64,000 nucleotides of DNA from Anthoceros angustus (taxonomy: Eukaryota > Plantae > Anthocerotophyta), in NCBI GenBank assembly GCA_010909165.1, contig VJWM01000011.1:434001-498000 (forward strand), given 5' to 3'. A program made the translations under genes and the position numbers. This document shows positions 34,003-47,944 of the stretch, one piece after another. A model generated the notes under the pieces. That model was not told the DNA's origin. It made no database searches and saw only the letters and a program-made list of their open reading frames with translations. How positions within the stretch are numbered: the first letter of the stretch is position 1; each line of letters starts with the position of its first letter.

Positions 34003-36788
34003 TCATTCCCCCGGCCGTATGCTCTTGTATGCTTGGTTCCTAACAGGGCAGCAACCTCAAGTGGTCAGCAAATTGGATGCTGCAGTTTTGTGAAATTTTC
34101 TTATCTATGTTGTTCAGTCAGGTAGGGGGCTAAACTAACAAATGTATTTGAAACTCAGGCGCCACAGCACAGGGCATTAAAGCACAGACTGGGCTGTCTA
34201 TGCTTCTTTCTCTAGCCCTTGTGGTGTTGCAACACTGCAGGTGGAGACTAAGCTTACAATGTCATGGTTGGTTACAGGAGACTGGCAATCGAGTGCTGCA
34301 GCTGTATTTAGTCACGAGCCAGCATATGGAAGTAGGGCTAACAAGAGTCCCAAGAGGTCAACTTCCTTTCTGTAAGAGTTGATGAAAGGTGAAGCAATGT
34401 AAGAGTTGCTCGTCATATTGCGGTTGCAGGCTATTTAGAGAAGCTGTCCTCCTGTATCGATTCTGCTGGAGGCAAGCCCCAAAAGTAGTCGAATCTTAAG
34501 AGATGAGGTATAATTAAGTTGCTACCATCATTGTGATATCAGCTCGAGTCTTGAGGAAGAAAAACAGGTAGCAGCAGTGCCAACTTATGAGGGGTTTGTC
34601 GTCCAGCGATGCAGATATGGGACTGTTAGGGTCACAGAGCTGGAAGGGTTGGCTGGCTGCAGCCCTGACAGCCTGAAAGTGAAATCCATGGACTGAAGAG
34701 TGCTTGGGGCTGCTCAACCCCTACTGTAACGTGGACTTCAACGCCAAGGTGTGGATCTGCCTTCTGCTACCAGCGCAACCACTTCCCCGCAGTACGACTC
34801 CATCTCCGAGGTGAACTGCTCCAAGGACGTCAAGGTGCAGGGGACTATAGGTCCTGCTCTTCCGTGGACAAGAAAGGGCCCTTGTGTTCGGACATAGTAA
34901 TTGGGCAGGGAATACGACAGCGTGGAAGTTGTGGGTGACCGCAGCACGACACTGGCTGTGTTTTCGAGGTGGTTGCCAGTCCTGGGACGTCCCCTAATCA
35001 GGGGTTGCCTATGAAGCAGCAGGTTTTCTTGCAGTTTGTGACTTACTATCAGCATCCTGACGGCCAGATGAGGCTTCGCTCGACCACGGTGGCAAGGCCG
35101 ACTGCGGATGGCCCGTCTGCTGTGGAGGAGCTGGGGTTCGGTGCTATACAAGACCAATCGCTCCACAAGACTTGTTTCTGGTTGCTGTCACTGTGAGAAA
35201 AGGGGCAAAAGGCCCTCGGGCGCGTGATGCATAAACTTTTCCGAATGTGTGCACCCACCCAGGATGTTTCTAGAGTATAATATTATACTCTAAACTAAAA
35301 ATGTTAAATTAATGAATCAAAAGAGGCCTTCTTATGCTGAATTGTTGAATTTGAGTCCAAAAGTTATTGAATTTATTAGTTCCAAAAGCAAGTATTGAGA
35401 TGAGTAGACTTGCACATGAAATGGTAGCAGTCCAAGTATGAAAATATTCACTTTGCAATAAAGACAATCTGTAGTCCCTACCTATGTCTACATACCACAA
35501 ACGGGCTGGGGTTACAAAACTCAGATCATTTGGAGAGGGCAACGAGGAGAGCCTCGAGTCTCGACTCGAGAGCTCAACCTAGCGTAGAGGCGGAAGGCAG
35601 ATCCTTTGCGACGGAAGGAAGCCGAGGGCATCGAGGGGCTTGCGAGGAGGAGGAGACATTATTTTTACGGATGATGTTAGCTTGCAAGTGTTTGTGGAGC
35701 ATCTTCAGAAGTTGGCTGTATCATCCTGATCATTCCCCGGCCGTATGCTCTTGTATGCTTGGTTCCTAACAGGGCAGCAACCTCAAGTGGTCAGCAAATT
35801 GGATGCTGCAGTTTTGTGAAATTTTCTTATCTATGTTGTTCAGTCAGGTAGGGCTAAACTAACAAATGTATTTGAAACTCAGGCGCCACAGCACAGGGCA
35901 TTAAAGCACAGACTGGGCTGTCTATGCTTCTTTCTCTAGCCCTTGTGGTGTTGCAACACTGCAGGTGGAGACTAAGCTTACAATGTCATGGTTGGTTACA
36001 GGAGACTGGCAATCGAGTGCTGCAGCTGTATTTAGTCACGAGCCAGCATATGGAAGTAGGGCTAACAAGAGTCCCAAGAGGTCAACTTCCTTTCTGTAAG
36101 AGTTGATGAAAGGTGAAGCAATGTAAGAGTTGCTCGTCATATTGCGGTTGCAGGCTATTTAGAGAAGCTGTCCTCCTGTATCGATTCTGCTGGAGGCAAG
36201 CCCCAAAAGTAGTCGAATCTTAAGAGATGAGGTATAATTAAGTTGCTACCATCATTGTGATATCAGCTCGAGTCTTGAGGAAGAAAAAAACAGGTAGCAG
36301 CAGTGCGGCCAACTTATGAGGGGTTTGTCGTCCAGCGATGCAGATATGGGACTGTTAGGGTCACAGAGCTGGAAGGGTTGGCTGGCTGCAGCCCTGACAG
36401 CCTGAAAGTGAAATCCATGGACTGAAGAGTGCTTGGGGCTGCTCAACATTTTTCGCTCCCGGTCTCTAGCTCAGTTCATTGTACTCTTACTTGCCTAGCC
36501 TTGTAGGCCTGGCTTGTGTTGCTCCAATTGTCTTTCTGAGCATGTTGCCCTGCCATTATTTACAATCTGTGTACACGACTGCTTTCTGGTTGCTGGTGTG
36601 TGTGGACAATTCTGAGGTCGGTTTTCCAGACCACTGGAGATGGCACAAGCTGGTATGTGCTGTATGCGAAGCCCTGTGTCCTATCTGAGTTGTGTTGCTT
36701 GCTTGATTATGCCCCAGCTAAACCTGTCCAATGCGAACCTCTGCATTGCCGCAGATGTTGTTGTCTGTGGAAACCCTCCCTTGTGCTG

Positions 36789-37576
36789 TTGCCTGATCGA
36801 GGAGGAGCTGGGGTTCTTGAAGCAGGCGCTGAGCCGGGCCGTGTCCCTGGTGCCGGAGAACGCGCTTGTCGGTCTCATCACCTTCGGGATGCAGGTGCAT
36901 GTGCACGAATTGGGATTCACCGAGTGTCCAAAGTCCTACGTCTTCCGGGGGTCCAAGGATGTGAGCAGGGAGCAGATTCTGGACATGCTGGGGCTGACGG
37001 CGCTCGGGGCCGGGCTGCACCAGCATCCGGGGGCCAGGCGAGACGGGATCGCTCCCACCAGCGTGTCTCGCTTCCTGCTGCCCGTGGCGGAGTGCGATCT
37101 CACGCTCACCGCCGTGCTGGAGGAGCTGCAGCGGGATCCCTTCCCCGTGCAATCCGACAAGCGGGCCTCCCGCTGCACCAGCACTGCGCTGGGAGTGGCT
37201 GCCGCGTTGCTAGGGGCCTGCGTGCCGGGGACGGGAGCTCGGATCCTGACCTTCGTCGGGGGCCCGTGCACGGAGGGGCCTGGGACTATCGTGTCGTCGG
37301 ATTTGCAGGAGGCGATCAGATCGCACAAGGACATTGACAAGGACGCCGTGCCGCACTACCACAAGGCGCTCAAGTTCTACGAGGGGCTGGCCAAGCAGCT
37401 GGTGACGCAGGGGCATGTGTTGGATCTGTTCGCCTGCGCGCTGGATCAGGTTGGGGTTGCGGAGATGAAAGTGGCTGTGGAGCGGACCGGGGGTTTGGTG
37501 GTGCTGGCGGAGAGTTTCGGGCATTCTGTGTTCAAGGATTCGTTTGCGAGGGTTTTTGAGGTGGGGGATCACGCCC
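36789..37576 (+). CDS. SEC23: SEC23 middle piece (trunk domain)
   Basis: [14 protein letters not shown]...[16 protein letters not shown]...[16 protein letters not shown]...[14 protein letters not shown]. Confidence 0.93.
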
Positions 37577-37867
37577 TTTCCGGCCTCTGCTACTGTGACC
37601 CTGTGGTGGTGTGTCGGCCAAATTTTGGAAGGAGCAGCCCCTAGCAACGACCCAGATGCCTAGCATATTACAGTTGATGCTGTTGTCAGGTCCGCACACC
37701 AGCGTTCCACGTCCCTTAAGGTGTTGGCGTGCACATGTATTTTGCATTCGCGCACACAGTCGGGGAAGGTGGTGACCTGTCCGGAAGGACCGAGTCTCCC
37801 CCGCCTGTGCGTCACACCTTATTATAGTACACGTGTCGGCGTTCAAAACGGGCAGAAGCTGCACATC

Positions 37868-38176
37868 GAACTGCTCCAAGGACGTCAAGGTGCAGGGGAC
37901 TATAGGTCCCTGCTCTTCCGTGGACAAGAAAGGGCCCTTGTGTTCGGACATAGTAATTGGGCAGGGGAATACGACAGCGTGGAAGTTGTGTGGGCTTGAC
38001 CGCAGCACGACACTGGCTGTGTTTTTCGAGGTGGTTGCCAGTCCTGGGACGTCCCCTAATCAGGGGTTGCCTATGAAGCAGCAGGTTTTCTTGCAGTTTG
38101 TGACTTACTATCAGCATCCTGACGGCCAGATGAGGCTTCGCTCGACCACGGTGGCAAGGCCGACTGCGGATGGCCC
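37868..38176 (+). CDS. SEC23: SEC23 beta-barrel piece (further partial copies at about 30422-30672 and 34807-35135)
   Basis: NCSKDVKVQGTIGPCSSVDKKGPLCSDIVIGQGNTTAWKLCGLDRSTTLAVFFEV. Confidence 0.9.
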
Positions 38177-41100
38177 TGGCCTTCTCATGCTCACTCCAAG
38201 TGAACGAGTGGACGTGCGAGCAACAACAGGGCCAGGGCCAGCCAACAGCTCTGGCAGTGTGACACTTACAAATGGCATCCGGCGAGCTTCATCTCGTCAG
38301 TCCATGGTGTGACGAGCAAAAACAGGCAGGCGTGAGTGGAGTGAATGCAACTGACCAGTTTGAGTGGCAGTTGTGCTTGCAGGTGGTGTAAATGGGCGGA
38401 CACGGCCAACGCAGGCCAAGCTAGTGGTTGGCTTGGATTTCGGGACTACGTTCTCCGGCTTTGCCTACTCACACAGACGATCCCGACCGAATCCACGCCC
38501 TCTACGATTGGCCAGGCCAGCCCCAACCCTACATCAAGACGCAGACCAGCCTCTTCTACGAACCCAATTCGCAGCGCCGGTCCGATGCAGATCCCAGTTG
38601 TGCAAGTGTTCAACAACAGCCCCAGACGAGACTGCTTATTTTCGGATGGTGCTCAACATTTTTCGCTCCCGGTCTCTAGCTCAGTTCATTGTACTCTTGC
38701 CTAGCCTTGTAGGCCTGGCTTGTGTTGCTCCAATTGTCTTTCTGAGCATGTTGCCCTGCCATTATTTACAATCTGTGTACACGACTGCTTTCTGGTTGCT
38801 GGTGTGTGTGGACAATTCTGAGGTCGGTTTTCCAGACCACTGGAGATGGCACAAGCTGGTATGTGCTGTATGCGAAGCCCTGTGTCCTATCTGAGTTGTG
38901 TTGCTTGCTTGATTATGCCCCAGCTAAACCTGTCCAATGCGAACCTCTGCATTGCCGCAGATGTTGTTGTCTGTGGAAACCCTCCCTTGTGCTGTTGCCT
39001 GATCCTGGTCTGGTGGTCTGTGTCTTCGGCCTTGTGATTACCAAGAACGGAAATGTGAGGGAGCTGTGCATCGAAGCCTGACAGCCTCGCGCTGTTGCTC
39101 TGTATGGTGCCAGTGATCAAAAGACATCACATTCCATGAAACTGAAGGCTTTGTCTCTCTCCTTTCCGTCTCGCTGGGTTCCATGCCTGCTTTTTCACGG
39201 TTCCTTGACAGCAGCAGCGTCCACGCCCTTTCCGGCCTCTGCTACTGTGACCCTGTGGTGGTGTGTCGGCCAAATTTTGGAAGGAGCAGCCCCTAGCAAC
39301 GACCCAGATGCCTAGCATATTACAGTTGATGCTGTTGTCAGGTCCACACCAGCGTTCCACGTCCCTTAAGGTGTTGGCGTGCACATGTATTTTGCATTCG
39401 CGCACACAGTCGGGGAAGGTGGTGACCTGTCCGGAAGGACCGAGTCTCCCCGTCCCCCGCCTGTGCGTCACACCTTATTATAGTACACGTGTCGGCGTTC
39501 AAAACGGGCAGAAGCTGCATCGAACTGCTCATTCCACCGAAAACAATGAAATGCACTCGCCTTTGAGTGAAGTGGAAGTGAAGTGAGCAACTTTTCCATG
39601 TCAGTTCTGCCAAAACACATTCCACCATTCTACCCGCAAGGAGATGCATAGCCATGACCCGCGTCCCCAAACCTAAAAATGAGCAGATGCACACTCACAC
39701 CAAGGACCAGGTCTGGGTTCCTGTCGTCCAAGTGGGGCAGCTTGGACTCTTACTTCACCATCGTTGTGTTCCGGGGTATGACTATTGCCCAGTGGCGCCA
39801 AAGAGGGTTTCAACATCAACCTGAGCATCAGGCTTTTGCTGCCCTCTTGCAAGCACCTCATGATGATGCTACGGCTATTATCAAGGACCGTTTCCTGTGC
39901 CTCGTCTGGTGGTCTGTGTCTTCGGCCTTGTGATTACCAAGAACGGAAATGTGAGGGAGCTGTGCATCGAAGCCTGACAGCCTCGCGCTGTTGCTCTGTA
40001 TGGTGCCAGTGATCAAAAGACATCACATTCCATGAAACTGAAGGCTTTGTCTCTCTCCTTTCCGTCTCGCTGGGTTCCATGCCTGCTTTTCACGGTTCCT
40101 TGACAGCAGCAGCGTCCACGCCCTTTCCGGCCTCTGCTACTGTGACCCTGTGGTGGTGTGTCGGCCAAATTTTGGAGCAGCCCCTAGCAACGACCCAGAT
40201 GCCTAGCATATTACAGTTGATGCTGTTGTCAGGTCCACACCAGCGTTCCACGTCCCTTAAGGTGTTGGCGTGCACATGTATTTTGCATTCGCGCACACAG
40301 TCGGGGAAGGTGGTGACCTGTCCGGAAGGACCGAGTCTCCCCGTCCCCCGCCTGTGCGTCACACCTTATTATAGTACACGTGTCGGCGTTCAAAACGGGC
40401 AGAAGCTGCATCGAACTGCTCATTCCACCGAAAACAATGAAATGCACTCGCCTTTGAGTGAAGTGGAAGTGAAGTGAGCAACTTTTCCATGTCAGTTCTG
40501 CCAAAACACATTCCACCATTCTACCCGCAAGGAGATGCATAGCCATGACCCGCGTCCCCAAACCTAAAAAATGAGCAGATGCACACTCACACCAAGGACC
40601 AGGTCTGGGGGTTCCTGTCGTCCAAGTGGGGCAGCTTGGACTCGGTCCTCGTCTATGGGGGGATGGCAAGGGGCCTACGCCGGGGATGGCCCTGGCCTTC
40701 TCATGCTCACTCCAAGTGAACGAGTGGACGTGCGAGCAACAACAGGGCCAGGGCCAGCCAACAGCTCTGGCAGTGTGACACTTACAAATGGCATCCGGCG
40801 AGCTTCATCTCGTCAGTCCATGGTGTGACGAGCAAAAACAGGCAGGCGTGAGTGGAGTGAATGCAACTGACCAGTTTGAGTGGCAGTTGTGCTTGCAGGT
40901 GGTGTAAATGGGCGGACACGGCCAACGGGCCAAGCTAGTGGTTGGCTTGGATTTCGGGACTACGTTCTCCGGCTTTGCCTACTCTCACACAGACGATCCT
41001 GACCGAATCCACGCCCTCTACGATTGGCCAGGCCAGCCCCAACCCTACATCAAGACGCAGACCAGCCTCTTCTACGAACCCAATTCGCAGCGCCGGTCCG

Positions 41101-44100
41101 ATGCAGATCCCGAGTACGTGGTGCGCAAATGGGCGTGGCCCGCCCAGGAGCACTACCTCAGAGTGATGCAGGGCGCCCACCGGGCTCGCCGTGTTGCAGC
41201 AACCACGCCAGACGACGCATCCTCATCCGCCGCTGTGGACATCGAGCAGGACGTACAGCATCAAGTTGGCTTCTTCGTGAATCGCTTCAAGCTCCATCTG
41301 GTGGACGGCTCGGCCTCCCCGATTTCGGAGGTCTGGACATTGTCAAGCAGCAGCCGCAGCAGCAACCCAAGCCCCAGCCCCAGCCCCAGCCCCGGACAGG
41401 GTCAAGACCAAGTCTGGGAAGGGCAAACCCGGATCGGGCATGTGTTGGCTGCTCTGCGGGAGCGGAAACATGGAGGATGTTGAATCCGTCTGCGACATAC
41501 AACTCAGTCAACGGTCCTGCTCCAGGAGGAGACATTATTTTTACGGATGATGTTAGCTTGCAAGTGTTTGTGGAGCATCTTCAGAAGTTGGCTTCTTCGT
41601 GAATCGCTTCAAGCTCCATCTGGTGGACGGCTCGGCCTCCCCGATTTCGGAGGTCTGGACATTGTCAAGCAGCAGCCGCAGCAGCAACCCAAGCCCAGCC
41701 CCAGCCCCAGCCCCGGACAGGGTCAAGACCAAGTCTGGGAAGGGCAAACCCGGATCAGGCATGTGTTGGCTGCTCTGCGGGAGCGGAAACATGGAGGATG
41801 TTGAATCCGTCTGCGACATACAACTCAGTCAACGGTCCTGCTCCAGGAGGAGACATTATTTTTACGGATGATGTTAGCTTGCAAGTGTTTGTGGAGCATC
41901 TTCAGAAGTTGGCTTCTTCGTGAATCGCTTCAAGCTCCATCTGGTGGACGGCTCGGCCTCCCCGATTTCGGAGGTCTGGACATTGTCAAGCAGCAGCCGC
42001 AGCAGCAACCCAAGCCCAGCCCCAGCCCCAGCCCCGGACAGGGTCAAGACCAAGTCTGGGAAGGGCAAACCCGGATCAGGCATGTGTTGGCTGCTCTGCG
42101 GGAGCGGAAACATGGAGGATGTTGAATCCGAATCCGAATCCGAGCATGTCACTCATCACCAATTCCACCCACTGGGGAAGTGGCAGTGAAAACCAGTTCC
42201 GGGAACTGCCCTCTGCAGGAGAAGGCGTTGATAATCAGTTCCTGGCACGGGACCGGGACCGGGATCGGGATCGGAATCAAGATCAGGGGCTGGGGAGCTG
42301 GACGGGATTGAGCCGGATGATAGCAAAACCAAGCTGAGGCATGGGTTGGACTCGCATCTCCCGCCCGGCGTGACGGTGGAGAGCCATCACCGATTTCCTC
42401 CACAACATGGCGGATTTCATCCTGCAGCACCTCAGGGCCAGCTACCCGGCGGCGGGCAACCTCAACATGGCGCATGTGCAGTGGTGCCTCACAGTGCCCG
42501 CCATCTGGGACGACAAAGCCAAGCAGAAGATGAGATTTTGCGCGCAGAGGGCCGGGATGGTGCGGGGCCCGCACTGCCCTCCGGAGCGGGCGCCCATGGC
42601 CAGCCCCTTCGAGCTCATCATCGTGCTCGAGTCCGAGGCCGCCTCCATCTACTGCGCCAAGAAGTCCAGGCAGCTGGACCTGGCCAGGGAACCCACTTCC
42701 TGGTGGCGGACATCGGGGAGGAACTGCCGACATTGTTGTGCACATGAAGGACAACGACGAGAACGCCACGCTTCAGGTGCGGGAGGTGAAGCACAGCGTG
42801 GGCGGGCTCTGCGGAGGGACATTCGTGGACAGGGGTTCATGGACTTCTTGGACCGCAGAATCGGATGCTTCGCCGACTTCGCCAAGGACCACGCCGGGAT
42901 GCTGCAGTTTTGTGAAATTTTCTTATCTATGTTGTTCAGTCAGGTAGGGCTAAACTAACAAATGTATTTGAAACTCAGGCGCCACAGCACAGGGCATTAA
43001 AGCACAGACTGGGCTGTCTATGCTTCTTTCTCTAGCCCTTGTGGTGTTGCAACACTGCAGGTGGTGTAAATGGGCGGACACGGCCAACGGGCCAAGCTAG
43101 TGGTTGGCTTGGATTTCGGGACTACGTTCTCCGGCTTTGCCTACTCTCACACAGACGATCCTGACCGAATCCACGCCCTCTACGATTGGCCAGGCCAGCC
43201 CCAACCCTACATCAAGACGCAGACCAGCCTCTTCTACGAACCCAATTCGCAGCGCCGGTCCGATGCAGATCCCGAGTACGTGGTGCGCAAATGGGCGTGG
43301 CCCGCCCAGGAGCACTACCTCAGAGTGATGCAGGGCGCCCACCGGGCTCGCCGTGTTGCAGCAACCACGCCAGACGACGCATCCTCATCCGCCGCTGTGG
43401 ACATCGAGCAGGACGTACAGCATCAAGTTGGCTTCTTCGTGAATCGCTTCAAGCTCCATCTGGTGGACGGCTCGGCCTCCCCGATTTCGGAGGTCTGGAC
43501 ATTGTCAAGCAGCAGCCGCAGCAGCAACCCAAGCCCAGCCCCAGCCCCAGCCCCGGACAGGGTCAAGACCAAGTCTGGGAAGGGCAAACCCGGATCAGGC
43601 ATGTGTTGGCTGCTCTGCGGGAGCGGAAACATGGAGGATGTTGAATCCGAATCCGAATCCGAGCATGTCACTCATCACCAATTCCACCCACTGGGGAAGT
43701 GGCAGTGAAAACCAGTTCCGGGAACTGCCCTCTGCAGGAGAAGGCGTTGATAATCAGTTCCTGGCACGGGACCGGGACCGGGATCGGGATCGGAATCAAG
43801 ATCAGGGGCTGGGGAGCTGGACGGGATTGAGCCGGATGATAGCAAAACCAAGCTGAGGCATGGGTTGGACTCGCATCTCCCGCCCGGCGTGACGGTGGAG
43901 AGCCATCACCGATTTCCTCCACAACATGGCGGATTTCATCCTGCAGCACCTCAGGGCCAGCTACCCGGCGGCGGGCAACCTCAACATGGCGCATGTGCAG
44001 TGGTGCCTCACAGTGCCCGCCATCTGGGACGACAAAGCCAAGCAGAAGATGAGATTTTGCGCGCAGAGGGCCGGGATGGTGCGGGGCCCGCACTGCCCTC

Positions 44101-44997
44101 CGGAGCGGGCGCCCATGGCCAGCCCCTTCGAGCTCATCATCGTGCTCGAGTCCGAGGCCGCCTCCATCTACTGCGCCAAGAAGTCCAGGCAGCTGGACCT
44201 GGCCAGGGAACCCACTTCCTGGTGGCGGACATCGGGGAGGAACTGCCGACATTGTTGTGCACATGAAGGACAACGACGAGAACGCCACGCTTCAGGTGCG
44301 GGAGGTGAAGCACAGCGTGGGCGGGCTCTGCGGAGGGACATTCGTGGACAGGGGTTCATGGACTTCTTGGACCGCAGAATCGGATGCTTCGCCGACTTCG
44401 CCAAGGACCACGCCGGGATGCTGCACAAGATCGTGAAAGAGTGGGAGTCGTCGAAGCGGACGTTCGATGGGTCGCTGGATTTTCCGTGGGAGTTCAATCT
44501 GCCCACCATTCTGGCCGAACAGTGGCAGAAATACGACGAGGAAATGCTCGCACGGGATCCAGCCCATGTCGCCATGAAGGTCTACGACCATATCGAGATC
44601 TCGGAGCAGGAGATGAGGTATAATTAAGTTGCTACCATCATTGTGATATCAGCTCGAGTCTTGAGGAAGAAAAACAGGTAGCAGCAGTGCAGCCAACTTA
44701 TGAGGGGTTTGTCGTCCAAGTGGGGCAGCTTGGACTCGGTCCTCGTCTATGGGGGATGGCAGGGGCCTACGCCGGGATGGCCCTGGCCTTCTCATGCTCA
44801 CCCAAGTGAACGAGTGGACGTGCGAGCAACAACAGGGCCAGGGCCAGCCAACAGCTCTGGCAGTGTGACACTTACAAATGGCATCCGGCGAGCTTCATCT
44901 CGTCAGTCCATGGTGTGACGAGCAAAAACAGGCAGGCGTGAGTGGAGTGAATGCAACTGACCAGTTTGAGTGGCAGTTGTGCTTGCAGGTGGTGTAA

Positions 44998-46859
44998 ATG
45001 GGCGGACACGGCCAACGGGCCAAGCTAGTGGTTGGCTTGGATTTCAGGACTACGTTCTCCGGCTTTGCCTACTCTCACACAGACGATCCCGACCGAATCC
45101 ACGCCCTCTACGATTGGCCAGGCCAGCCCCAACCCTACATCAAGACGCAGACCAGCCTCTTCTACGAACCCAATTCGCAGCGCCGGTCCGATGCAGATCC
45201 CGAGTACGTGGTGCGCAAATGGGCGTGGCCCGCCCAGGAGCACTACCTCAGAGTGATGCAGGGCGCCCACCGGGCTCGCCGTGTTGCAGCAACCCGGCCC
45301 ACGCCAGACGACGCATCCTCATCCGCCGCTGTGGACATCGAGCAGGACGTACAGCATCAAGTTGGCTTCTTCGTGAATCGCTTCAAGCTCCATCTGGTGG
45401 ACGGCTCGGCCTCCCCGATTTCGGAGGTCTGGACATTGTCAAGCAGCAGCAGCAACCCAAGCCCAGCCCCAGCCCCAGCCCCGGACAGGGTCAAGACCAA
45501 GTCTGGGAAGGGCAAACCCGGATCGGGCATGTGTTGGCTGCTCTGCGGGAGCGGAAACATGGAGGATGTTGAATCCGAATCCGAATCCGAGCATGTCACT
45601 CATCACCAATTCCCACCCACTGGGGGAAGTGGCAGTGAAAACCAGTTCCGGGAACTGCCCTCTGCAGGAGAAGGCGTTGATAATCAGTTCCTGGCACGGG
45701 ACCGGGACCGGGATCGGGATCGGAATCAAGATCAGGGGCTGGGGGAGCTGGACGGGATTGAGCCGGATGATAGCAAAACCAAGCTGAGGCATGGGTTGGA
45801 CTCGCATCTCCCGCCCGGCGTGACGGTGGAGAGAGCCATCACCGATTTCCTCCACAACATGGCGGATTTCATCCTGCAGCACCTCAGGGCCAGCTACCCG
45901 GCGGCGGGCAACCTCAACATGGCGCATGTGCAGTGGTGCCTCACAGTGCCCGCCATCTGGGACGACAAAGCCAAGCAGAAGATGAGATTTTGCGCGCAGA
46001 GGGCCGGGATGGTGCGGGGCCCGCACTGCCCTCCGGAGCGGGCGCCCATGGCCAGCCCCTTCGAGCTCATCATCGTGCTCGAGTCCGAGGCCGCCTCCAT
46101 CTACTGCGCCAAGAAGTCCAGGCAGCTGGACCTGGCCAGGGAACCCACTTCCTGGTGGCGGACATCGGGGAGGAACTGCCGACATTGTTGTGCACATGAA
46201 GGACAACGACGAGAACGCCACGCTTCAGGTGCGGGAGGTGAAGCACAGCGTGGGCGGGCTCTGCGGAGGGACATTCGTGGACAGGGGTTCATGGACTTCT
46301 TGGACCGCAGAATCGGATGCTTCGCCGACTTCGCCAAGGACCACGCCGGGATGCTGCACAAGATCGTGAAAGAGTGGGAGTCGTCGAAGCGGACGTTCGA
46401 TGGGTCGCTGGATTTTCCGTGGGAGTTCAATCTGCCCACCATTCTGGCCGAACAGTGGCAGAAATACGACGAGGAAATGCTCGCACGGGATCCAGCCCAT
46501 GTCGCCATGAAGGTCTACGACCATATCGAGATCTCGGAGCAGGAGATGAGGGGCATTTTCGACCCCGTGGTGGACCAGATCATCGGGCTCATCGGAGGCC
46601 AGATGTCTCCTCACGTGCAAGTCATCCTCATGGTGGGGGCTTCTCCGGATCTCCTACCTGCTCAGGAGGGTGAGGGAGGCGTTCGAGAGCCGTGTGAGGG
46701 GCCACATCATCTGCCCGTCTGACCCGGGAGTGCCATCTGCCAGGGCGCAGTCTTGCTGGGGATGTCGCAGAATGTGATCGTGTCCAGGGTTGCGCGCAAG
46801 ACTTACGGTATCAGCGAGTGCAGGGACTTCCAGCACGGTGATCCAACTCACTTGCTTGA
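44998..46859 (+). CDS. HSPA12-like (HSP70 superfamily) protein, longest N-terminal copy; other partial copies at about 38390, 40908, 41590, 41910 and 43070
   Basis: KLVVGLDF(G)TTFSGFAY; QWCLTVPAIWDDKAKQKMR..A..AG; IVLESEAAS; frameshift-restored FLVADIGGGTADIVVH; GGLCGGTFVD. These are HSPA12/actin-fold motifs. Intronless, with SP/AP, ES and RD low-complexity inserts. Confidence 0.85.
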
Positions 46860-47944
46860 TTATGCCCCAGCTAAACCTGTCCAATGCGAACCTCTGCATT
46901 GCCGCAGATGTTGTTGTCTGTGGAAACCTCCCTTGTGCTGTTGCCTGATCCTGGTCTGGTGGTCTGTGTCTTCGGCCTTGTGATTACCAAGAACGGAAAT
47001 GTGAGGGAGCTGTGCATCGAAGCCTGACAGCCTCGCGCTGTTGCTCTGTATGGTGCCAGTGATCAAAAGACATCACATTCCATGAAACTGAAGGCTTTGT
47101 CTCTCTCCTTTCCGTCTCGCTGGGTTCCAGCCTTCATTGTCTCTGAATGTTGCACTGTTTAGGGAACTTGAATGACAGTGTGCTTGTTTGTCCCTACATA
47201 CCTACAAGGAATTCCACAGCCATGGATATGGTGGTGGCAAGGTACGGCCATATATTTGCATACATATATGTATGCCGCGATGAGACATTGCTGTCCTCCA
47301 TTGCTTGTCCTTCATCACGGGCCGGTGTTCCCCACACCGGCCCGTGACTATGACCTACCTTGGCAACGCTGAGTCTCTGGCTCGGCGTGTGTGATGCACT
47401 GGCACGCTTCTCCATTCACATGGCTTCTGATCTGTAGCGGGATTTGGAGGCTTCTGTGGTGGTGTGTCGGCCAAATTTTGGAAGGAGCAGCCCTAGCAAC
47501 GACCCAGATGCCTAGCATATTACAGTTGATGCTGTTGTCAGGTCCCGCACACCAGCGTTCCACGTCCCTTAAGGTGTTGGCGTGCACATGTATTTTGCAT
47601 TCGCGCACACAGTCGGGGAAGGTGGTGACCTGTCCGGAAGGACCGAGTCTCCCCCCGTCCCCCCGCCTGTGCGTCACACCTTATTATAGTACACGTGTCG
47701 GCGTTCAAAACGGGCAGAAGCTGCACATCGAACTGCTCATTCCCACCGAAAACAATGAAATGCACTCGCCTTTGAGTGAAGTGGAAGTGAAGTGAGCAAC
47801 TTTTCCATGTCAGTTCTGCCAAAACACATTCCACCATTCTACCCGCAAGGAGATGCATAGCCATGACCCGCGTCCCCAAACCTAAAAATGAGCAGATGCA
47901 CACTCACACCAAGGACCAGGTCTGGGGTTCCTGTCGTCCAAGTG

